In this document: positions 1 to 5,410 of the stretch, one piece after another
How positions within the stretch are numbered: the first letter of the stretch is position 1
How the letters are laid out: each line of letters begins with the position of its first letter
Assembly: GCA_027451185.1 (NCBI GenBank)
Contig: DAIDJW010000001.1
Coordinates: 1-32,536, forward strand
From: Candidatus Saccharimonadota bacterium
GTDB taxonomy: Bacteria > Patescibacteriota > Saccharimonadia > Saccharimonadales > Saccharimonadaceae
Reading direction: 5' to 3'
Length of the DNA stretch: 32,536 bases
Notes under the pieces: model-generated
The model's input: the letters and a program-made list of their open reading frames with translations, nothing else
Database searches by the model: none
What the model was told of the DNA's origin: nothing
Translations under genes and position numbers: made by a program

Positions 1-160
1 GACAAACAAGCGCGCAATTTTCGATCTGTTGTCCGAGTACAAATCGCTGCTTCTTTGGAAACGTATTCGCTTTCTCGAACAGCCACAAGGTTATCTCAAG
101 CATTTTTGTATGAATAATGAACTCGTCTGATTTTGCGGTGGGCTTGAGTTGTTTTGCCAT
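1..160 (-). CDS. avd: Avd-like four-helix-bundle protein (candidate DGR accessory variability determinant). Only the N-terminal 53 codons are present; the gene runs off the left edge.
   Basis: Absent from the ORF track because there is no stop in the window. ATG at 160..158 on the minus strand. Hand translation: MAKQLKPTAKSDEFIIHTKMLEITLWLFEKANTFPKKQRFVLGQQIENCALVC. The FPK-xx-RF-x-LG-xx-I segment matches my recollection of the Avd / 23S-rRNA-IVS four-helix-bundle family. It lies directly 3' of an FGE-type C-lectin gene on the same strand. Confidence 0.5.
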   Translation of the reverse strand, partial: MAKQLKPTAKSDEFIIHTKMLEITLWLFEKANTFPKKQRFVLGQQIENCALVC

Positions 161-230
161 CGGCAAAAGGCCTTTCTTGGATTATATCCAGTGCATAGTG
201 TCGTTACGATCGAGAAAAATAATTCACTTC

Positions 231-250
231 GTAAGCCCTGTCGGGCTTAC
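231..250 (-). other. Perfect 8-bp stem / 4-nt loop hairpin between the pilin-FGE gene and avd. Candidate DGR target-site hairpin, or alternatively a weak terminator.
   Basis: Plus strand gtaagccc-tgtc-gggcttac; minus strand GTAAGCCC-GACA-GGGCTTAC. It lies 41 nt past the stop codon at 292..294. No immediate U-run follows on the minus strand. Confidence 0.4.
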
Positions 251-291
251 CTAAGAACAAAGGGACAAAGCTGAAAGAGTCAAAGTCTGTA

Positions 292-1509
292 TCACCGCGA
301 GACACGGAACCCGAGGATGCTGCCCGTGCTGCCAGGCGAATTGCTCAAAGCGAGCGCCCAGACACCCGCAGCGCTGCCGCCGTTCCAGTAGTCGCTGCGG
401 AAGAAGCCGCGGACACCTGTGTCATTGCTAGCTGAATACAGTTGGCCAATACCTTGACCCGAGTTCCAACCGCTGGCAGATGGAATTCCGTACGATGGGA
501 ACGGATTAGGTGATAGGCTGCCGGTACCAGGGACACTGTTCCACTGTCGCCAGCCGAAGCCCGCAGCGCCTGGTTGGCCACCGGTGGTCGTGCCACTCGT
601 CCACTGCCAGACGTTGCCCGCCATATCCCAAATGACATTGCCGTTCGTTAAGGTGAGTGTGCGACGTTGATTACCACCCGTATTTGTTTCGCCGTAGTAA
701 CCGTTGCTATCATTAGTATCAGCCGCTAACGCATTAGCTGGGGCATTGTCGTTGTGTCCAGAATAGATATAGCCGCTTCCAACACTGCCACCAGACCAGT
801 TGCTGGCAACACTAGTAACGTTCTGTGCAATAGTGAGCCATTCGGCTTCGGTGATGAGATGGCAACCAGAACAGGCAGCTGCTGACGTAGAGATAGCTGT
901 TGTTTGGGAGATATTTACCCAGGGCGAACCAGCTGCGGTCGATACGGCGTTACCACTGCCATCGTTCTTAGCGTCATACTTCATCACACAGAAGGCATTA
1001 GTACCGTAAAGGCTGGAGCCAGGCACGACGATGTACCCAGTTGGACACGAAGAGCCGTCTGCCAGCGTTGTCGGTGCAGTTCCCGTGTGTCCTGGACATG
1101 GGCCAGCTGTTGGGGTACCACCAGTCGCGACAGAGTACGAGGCAGTACTAACCGTAGCGGTCAGACAATAGGTTTGTGGGCTGACGGTGGTGTTCGGCGT
1201 GTACTGATAGCTAGTGCTGCCAGAGTTTGTCAGGCCAGCGGTAGCGAGGTCTGGAGGGACTTGGTCGCTATTAGTAGCAGTGTAGATAGCGATCTTTTCT
1301 CCTGCCTGCTCAGCAGCAGACTGAGCTGAGGCAATGTTGGCTTTCGCAGTAATACCGTTGTAAGCGACAACGGTGATAGCCGCTAGGATGGCAATGACGA
1401 CAATAACGATGAGGAGTTCGACGAGGGTGAAGCCAGGTTGTCTACTGCGCTTTGGTGGATGTCCGCGCAGTGAAGCGTCGCCCTTGAGGATGAGGTTAAC
1501 AACAGCCAT
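292..1509 (-). CDS. Type IV pilin-like protein (prepilin cleavage/methylation motif) fused to an FGE-sulfatase/SUMF1-type C-lectin-fold domain. Candidate DGR target protein.
   Basis: 405-aa ORF. The N-terminus has QPG|FTLVELLIVIVVIAILAAI (G-1, F+1, E+5) after a 26-aa leader. The C-terminal half has FCVMKYDAKNDG, SPWVNISQ, HLITEAEWLTIAQN, DMAGNVWQWTSG and a terminal LGFRVSR. No Shine-Dalgarno; the ATG is preceded by (CT)9. Confidence 0.85.
   Translation of the reverse strand: MAVVNLILKGDASLRGHPPKRSRQPGFTLVELLIVIVVIAILAAITVVAYNGITAKANIASAQSAAEQAGEKIAIYTATNSDQVPPDLATAGLTNSGSTSYQYTPNTTVSPQTYCLTATVSTASYSVATGGTPTAGPCPGHTGTAPTTLADGSSCPTGYIVVPGSSLYGTNAFCVMKYDAKNDGSGNAVSTAAGSPWVNISQTTAISTSAAACSGCHLITEAEWLTIAQNVTSVASNWSGGSVGSGYIYSGHNDNAPANALAADTNDSNGYYGETNTGGNQRRTLTLTNGNVIWDMAGNVWQWTSGTTTGGQPGAAGFGWRQWNSVPGTGSLSPNPFPSYGIPSASGWNSGQGIGQLYSASNDTGVRGFFRSDYWNGGSAAGVWALALSNSPGSTGSILGFRVSR
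295..399 (-). other. Candidate DGR variable region (VR) at the extreme 3' end of the pilin-FGE gene. Its 5' limit is uncertain and could reach about 440.
   Basis: Encodes RSDYWNGGSAAGVWALALSNSPGSTGSILGFRVSR-stop. That is the usual position of the VR in FGE/C-lectin DGR targets. 17 of 29 codons before LGFR are NNC by hand count. No TR is available in the window for comparison. Confidence 0.35.
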
Positions 1510-1510
1510 A

Positions 1511-1528
1511 AGAGAGAGAGAGAGAGAG
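1511..1528. repeat. Dinucleotide microsatellite: (AG)9 on the plus strand, (CT)9 on the coding strand of the pilin-FGE gene.
   Basis: Read directly: agagagagagagagagag at 1511..1528, 2 nt from the start codon (1509..1507). The tract continues imperfectly as aagag to 1533. Confidence 0.95.
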
Positions 1529-1893
1529 AAGAGTTGCTAGTTTTATGAATCGTTGTGTAATTAGTGAAATTTCCACCGTTTTTACTAAAATTCATACGAC
1601 CGTACTTTCTTCTCTAGCTATATTAAATATGTCTAGTGGCAGTATACCATAAGCTAAATATAGCGTACAAGATATCCAACCAACGGACGAAAAGTCGGGC
1701 AGTTCGGCTTCATAAATATAGTTATGTGTAGTGCGGTTCACTAGGGGCGTGGGGATTCGTTCTTCCACCTCACGACCCCGTGAGTTCACGTTTGACAATC
1801 AATCGCCATCGGAACATCGCTCTCAAACTACCGCTGGCAGTTTTCGCCCCCTCATGTCACTCGGGTATTAGAATCGCTCAACCCTGAATCAAG

Positions 1894-1923
1894 AAAATAG
1901 ACCCGCAGAAGCAGGTCTATTTT
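1894..1923 (-). terminator. Rho-independent terminator after tRNA-Gln.
   Basis: aaaatagacc-cgcagaagca-ggtctatttt gives a 10-bp stem including the A/T runs. On the minus strand it is followed by TTTTCTTG. It starts 3 nt past the tRNA 3' end. Confidence 0.7.
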
Positions 1924-1925
1924 CT

Positions 1926-1999
1926 TGGCTGGGGATGAGGGATTCGAACCCCCGATCCTGGGACCAGAACCCAGTGCCTTACCGCTTGGCCAATCCCCA
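1926..1999 (-). tRNA. tRNA-Gln, anticodon CUG.
   Basis: Hand-folded, 74 nt. Acceptor TGGGGAT/ATCCCCA, 3-bp D stem GCC/GGC, anticodon stem CTGGG/CCCAG with loop TTCTGGT, T arm GGGGG-TTCGAAT-CCCTC, discriminator G, encoded CCA. Confidence 0.93.
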
Positions 2000-2016
2000 G
2001 TATTTGGTCTTGAGGA

Positions 2017-2045
2017 ATTGTAGCAAAAAAAGCTAATTTTCTCAA
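2017..2045 (-). promoter_or_regulatory. Sigma70-type promoter for tRNA-Gln.
   Basis: Minus strand TTGAGA (2045..2040), 17-nt spacer, TACAAT (2022..2017). It lies about 17 nt upstream of the tRNA 5' end. Confidence 0.55.
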
Positions 2046-2065
2046 GCTGGGCTTCTTAGTCACTA

Positions 2066-2094
2066 TTGACTTTTTTAAAATAATATAGTATAAA
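2066..2094 (+). promoter_or_regulatory. Sigma70-type promoter for ORF 2163..2630.
   Basis: TTGACT (2066..2071), 17-nt spacer, TATAAA (2089..2094). Confidence 0.55.
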
Positions 2095-2162
2095 TTGTCT
2101 ATTCCCGTAGCCACTCGAGAAAGTTCCCTAAACCCATCACACCAGCCACCGAAGGGTGTAAC

Positions 2163-2630
2163 ATGTCTCTCGCGAACGAGAAAAACCCATTACATGCCAG
2201 TGCGTTGCGCTTGCGCGACCTGACGGTCGGACGGCACATCATCGCGTTCAACATCGACCTCGGTATCATGGGCGAGTACATCGTCATGAGCCGGCCGTTT
2301 GTCGGCGACGGCATGTTCGGTCGCACCACCATGGTGAGCCTGCGAAACACACAGACTGGTCTCGCAGACTCACACTACACCGAAGACCTCGGTGTCACGA
2401 TGTATCTGAGCGACGACGAGCAGCCGAACAACTACTGGAACTCCGTCAACTTCACGATCGACCACCGCAAGCGGCACCTGCTGCCGAAGCCGTTGATCGA
2501 CTCGGGCACAGGCATCGACGACCTGGAGACTAGGATACTACGCCGTATCCTGACCGATTCCTCCGAGGAGTACGCGGCCGACGTGGAGGCGATGGACCGA
2601 CTCTGGCGGGCACTGGAGGCGATGGAGTAG
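2163..2630 (+). CDS. Hypothetical protein (155 aa) with markedly GC3-rich codon usage. Probably horizontally acquired.
   Basis: The ORF has its own promoter and an AAGGGTG SD-like element 4 nt upstream. Codons are almost all NNC/NNG (GAC, ATC, CTG, AAC, CGC), unlike flanking genes. Hand-counted GC is about 55-65% per 60-nt block. I recognise no family. Confidence 0.6.
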   Translation: MSLANEKNPLHASALRLRDLTVGRHIIAFNIDLGIMGEYIVMSRPFVGDGMFGRTTMVSLRNTQTGLADSHYTEDLGVTMYLSDDEQPNNYWNSVNFTIDHRKRHLLPKPLIDSGTGIDDLETRILRRILTDSSEEYAADVEAMDRLWRALEAME

Positions 2631-2650
2631 CAAGGGGCACCGAGCCCGCT

Positions 2651-2704
2651 GAAGAGACCCGCCGAGTCTACACTCGAGCGCGAGTCCTTCGGCGGGCTCT
2701 CTTC
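2651..2704 (+). terminator. Long GC-rich hairpin without a U-tract downstream of ORF 2163..2630. Possible I-shaped terminator.
   Basis: gaagagacccgccgag (2651..2666) pairs with cttcggcgggctctcttc (2687..2704) with two bulges. The loop contains a mini-hairpin actcg-agcg-cgagt. Confidence 0.4.
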
Positions 2705-2731
2705 ATATCTAAGGCCACGGCCTCGCAAGCC

Positions 2732-2760
2732 TTGCCATAAGCGACCATTTTAGGTATAAT
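2732..2760 (+). promoter_or_regulatory. Near-consensus sigma70 promoter for the 30-aa basic peptide gene.
   Basis: TTGCCA (2732..2737), 17-nt spacer, TATAAT (2755..2760). Confidence 0.6.
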
Positions 2761-2789
2761 TACCCGAGTATTTAAAGATTGGAAGTAAG

Positions 2790-2882
2790 ATGGCTAAACA
2801 TAAAAGTTGGCACGGCGCCGACATCAAACGCGCCCGCACCAAGAAACTTCGCGCCGAAAAGCGTCGCAAAAACCGCGCCTAG
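2790..2882 (+). CDS. Unannotated small ORF encoding a 30-aa highly basic peptide (MAKHKSWHGADIKRARTKKLRAEKRRKNRA).
   Basis: Below the ORF-track length cutoff. It has its own TTGCCA-17-TATAAT promoter, GGAAG 5 nt upstream of the ATG, a TAG stop at 2880..2882, and a hairpin plus T7 terminator 8 nt downstream. Confidence 0.6.
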   Translation: MAKHKSWHGADIKRARTKKLRAEKRRKNRA

Positions 2883-2889
2883 CGGGTGA

Positions 2890-2917
2890 ATATGGTCCAA
2901 GCGGGCCATATTTTTTT
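2890..2917 (+). terminator. Rho-independent terminator.
   Basis: Stem atatggtcc (2890..2898) / gggccatat (2903..2911), 9 bp including one G-T. Loop aagc. Followed by a T run through 2917. Confidence 0.75.
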
Positions 2918-3923
2918 AACTACTCGTCTGGTAGTGAATAACCTGCAGTAAATCGTCAACTGATTCGCCAAGGGTGAAGTTATCAACAGCGTCGTCGCGC
3001 TCTTTTTTAGTAACTGCGCCAAGCGCAACAGCTTGTTTGATACCTTTAATCAAAGCTAATGGACTACGCGGCGCAACCAAGGTTAGCAGGCCGCAATTAG
3101 TTTCCGGCACTCCGCCAACGTTACTAGCAATAACACGGCAGCCAGCGTGCTGAGCCTCTACCGACAGCATACCAAACGACTCGGCAACCACAGACGGCAT
3201 CAACAGTATGTCGCTACTAGCAAGCAATTGCGACATAGCGGCAACGGTTTTCTGGGCCGGAATCATTTTCGCGTACGGATAGTCTTTTAACATACGTGCG
3301 ATTTCTCTGCCGACTTCAGCGTGTAGACCAGCCGCTACGATAGTCGTGCTGAAACCATTGCGCCGCATCTCTGGCTGATGCATCATTTCAAGCAGCGTAT
3401 AAATGCCCTTTTCGGGATGAAGGCGCCCGGCGAACACTATACGAGTCTTTTTAGTCGGCTTCGATCGCTTGACGTTACTGAATACCGGATCGGCGAATGG
3501 CAGCACGACGTTGATTTTGCTATATGGGACGTCAAGATACAGTGCCCAATTTTGACCACTATAAACACTGGTAGCGATAATCGTTTTACCCATGACGAAT
3601 CGTTTGTACTTTTCGCGATCGGTCGCTCCCGATACGGGACAATGAAAAATAATTGCTGCCTTGTTTTTTGTTGGAACGGGGTAGGCTTCGTTCACGAATA
3701 TGACCGTACCTGGTAATCCACTAATCGCCTCGGCATTCGGCAACGACAAAAAAGGAATATCGCGAAAATCTTGGCGACCGTCTTTCAGACCGTGCCCGAT
3801 AGTTACTACCTGAACGTCAATACCGCGACGCAAGAGCTCGCGAATCTGTCCAGCGGTATAAGTTTCTGATCCGCCGGTACCAGCCAGCATCGGCGCACCA
3901 GGTGGCCATACGAATGAAATCAT
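2916..3923 (-). CDS. Glycosyltransferase, GT4 / group 1 family.
   Basis: C-terminal GT-B motif SFGMLSVEAQHAGCRVIASNVGGVPE. The start is moved to the ATG at 3923 (MISFVWPPG), which has GGAGGAG 6 nt upstream. The track start at 3953 is a TTG with no SD. Confidence 0.85.
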   Translation of the reverse strand: MISFVWPPGAPMLAGTGGSETYTAGQIRELLRRGIDVQVVTIGHGLKDGRQDFRDIPFLSLPNAEAISGLPGTVIFVNEAYPVPTKNKAAIIFHCPVSGATDREKYKRFVMGKTIIATSVYSGQNWALYLDVPYSKINVVLPFADPVFSNVKRSKPTKKTRIVFAGRLHPEKGIYTLLEMMHQPEMRRNGFSTTIVAAGLHAEVGREIARMLKDYPYAKMIPAQKTVAAMSQLLASSDILLMPSVVAESFGMLSVEAQHAGCRVIASNVGGVPETNCGLLTLVAPRSPLALIKGIKQAVALGAVTKKERDDAVDNFTLGESVDDLLQVIHYQTSS

Positions 3924-4033
3924 ACTGTCTCCTCCTTTATAATTAAAGACCAAAGTAGTTAAGAAGACGAATGTGCTAAAGAGGCATCCTTAAGATAATC
4001 TAGCTAATGTTATTATATCATATATCTTAATAC

Positions 4034-4062
4034 TGGACAAATAATATCACTTGTGCTATACT
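4034..4062 (+). promoter_or_regulatory. Candidate promoter for the DEAD-box helicase, giving a leader of about 105 nt.
   Basis: TGGACA (4034..4039), 17-nt spacer ending in TGc, TATACT (4057..4062). Confidence 0.45.
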
Positions 4063-4173
4063 AAACGCATTGCATCCGAATGGATACCGTCTCTATATAA
4101 ATATAGATATCAAAATGGTTCTCGCTGTTCGACTGCAGCCATATTATATCTAAACAAGAAAGAATCTATAACT

Positions 4174-5391
4174 ATGCCAAATTATCATTCTGGTGGCCAC
4201 CGAAATGGCCGCCCACAGCGTGCTGGTGTGCGCTCATTTTCACCAAAACCAGGCCGTTCTAACAAGGGTCGTGGTGCTTATATTCACCCCAGTAAATTTA
4301 TTAACAAAGCGGTCGCGCCCGCCGAAGAGGTGATTTATCAAGCAAGCCATACTTTTAGCGACTTTGCATTCAGTCCAACCCTGAAACACAATATCGAAAA
4401 CAAGGGTTACGTCACGCCAAGTGCTATTCAAGACCAGGCGATGCCGTATATTATTGATGGCAAAGATGTTATTGGCCTGGCTAACACCGGTACCGGTAAA
4501 ACGGCAGCCTTTCTGTTGCCAATCATGGAGCGTTTAACGGGCATTACCGTTAAGCCAACCGTACTAATTATGGCGCCGACTCGCGAACTAGCTCAGCAGA
4601 TTAACGAGGAATTCCGTGACTTTGCCGTTGGACTGAGTTTGTTTTCAGCGATTTGCGTTGGTGGGGCCAATATTGACCGCCAGATTCGCGACCTGCGCCG
4701 CCGTCCAAATGTCATCATTGGTACGCCGGGCCGCTTAAAAGACTTAATGAAGCGCGGCGAGTTGAAGCTACGCGATATCTCAGTCTTGGTGCTCGACGAA
4801 GCCGACCGCATGCTTGACATGGGCTTTATCAACGACATTCGAATGATTGTTGGCGCCACGCCAGCCGATCGCCAGACGTTATTCTTTAGCGCGACAATTA
4901 CACCGTCAATTCGGTTGTTAGTGCAAGAATTTTTGAAAGACCCAGTTGAAATCCAAACTCGTACCGCTGAGACCAGCGAACATGTCGAACAGGATGTTAT
5001 CGAAGCCTCAAGCAAAGAGGAAAAACTGGAAAAGTTAACCAAAATGCTTAGCGAGGAAGAGTTTAGTAAGGTCCTAGTTTTTGGCGAAACCAAATACGGT
5101 GTCCAGCGCTTGTCGGACCAGCTCGAAAAATCCGGCTTTAAGTCGGTCGCCATTCACGGCAACAAGTCGCAATCACAGCGTCAGCGCGCTCTGAAGTCGT
5201 TTAAACAAAACGAAGCCCAGATTATGGTCGCCACCGATGTCGCCGCTCGCGGTTTGGATATTCCAAACGTTAGCCACGTGATTAACTTCGACCAACCAGC
5301 TACTTACGAAGACTATATTCACCGTATCGGCCGAACCGGCCGCGGTAGTGCCAGCGGTAAAGCTTACACATTCGTAGCACCACGCCGCTAA
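4174..5391 (+). CDS. DEAD-box ATP-dependent RNA helicase.
   Basis: Q-motif region FSDFAFSP...GYVTPSAIQ, motif I ANTGTGKTAAF, Ia PTRELA, II VLDEADRM, III SAT, VI HRIGRTGRG. The start is set to the first ATG (4174, MPNYHSGG). The track start at 4051 is a TTG inside the predicted promoter. Confidence 0.9.
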   Translation: MPNYHSGGHRNGRPQRAGVRSFSPKPGRSNKGRGAYIHPSKFINKAVAPAEEVIYQASHTFSDFAFSPTLKHNIENKGYVTPSAIQDQAMPYIIDGKDVIGLANTGTGKTAAFLLPIMERLTGITVKPTVLIMAPTRELAQQINEEFRDFAVGLSLFSAICVGGANIDRQIRDLRRRPNVIIGTPGRLKDLMKRGELKLRDISVLVLDEADRMLDMGFINDIRMIVGATPADRQTLFFSATITPSIRLLVQEFLKDPVEIQTRTAETSEHVEQDVIEASSKEEKLEKLTKMLSEEEFSKVLVFGETKYGVQRLSDQLEKSGFKSVAIHGNKSQSQRQRALKSFKQNEAQIMVATDVAARGLDIPNVSHVINFDQPATYEDYIHRIGRTGRGSASGKAYTFVAPRR

Positions 5392-5397
5392 ATCAAG

Positions 5398-5403
5398 TAC
5401 AAT
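5398..5403 (+). promoter_or_regulatory. -10 box TACAAT, 7 nt upstream of ATG 5411, with no SD (leaderless-type).
   Basis: TACAAT-tagggta-ATG, read directly. Confidence 0.45.
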
Positions 5404-5410
5404 TAGGGTA

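Noticed and set aside
1-291. Searched the window by eye for a DGR template repeat or reverse transcriptase, that is a second copy of GGGTTCCGTGTCTCGCGG or of the VR body.
   Set aside because: No second copy is present anywhere in the window. TR and RT, if they exist, lie beyond coordinate 1. The DGR call therefore remains inference.
345-1329. Track ORFs 345..638 (-), 800..1009 (+) and 904..1329 (+), which overlap the pilin-FGE gene.
   Set aside because: They are alternative-frame or antisense ORFs inside a gene with strong domain motifs. They have no SD or promoter and are low-complexity translations.
1511-1533. The purine-rich AGAGAG...GAG run as a Shine-Dalgarno or polypurine regulatory site on the plus strand.
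   Set aside because: No plus-strand gene follows it. The adjacent gene is on the minus strand, where the tract is pyrimidine-rich.
1383-1798. Track ORFs 1383..1595 (-) and 1592..1798 (-).
   Set aside because: The first overlaps the pilin start and the (CT)9 tract out of frame. The second has a TTG start, no SD and no recognisable family. Both are treated as non-coding.
1917-2728. Track ORFs 1917..2114 (-), 2099..2350 (-) and 2432..2728 (-).
   Set aside because: The first overlaps tRNA-Gln. The others are antisense to the GC-rich ORF 2163..2630, and high-GC genes routinely produce long spurious antisense ORFs. The plus-strand ORF has the promoter and the SD.
3378-3953. ORF 3378..3716 (+), and the TTG-extended start (3953) of the GT4 gene.
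   Set aside because: The plus ORF is antisense within a well-supported GT4 gene. ATG 3923 has a GGAGGAG SD, and that SD lies inside the proposed extension.
4051-4173. Upstream extension of the DEAD-box helicase from TTG 4051.
   Set aside because: The extension starts inside the predicted -10 region, is AT-rich with odd composition, and adds no helicase-related sequence. The first ATG at 4174 is preferred.
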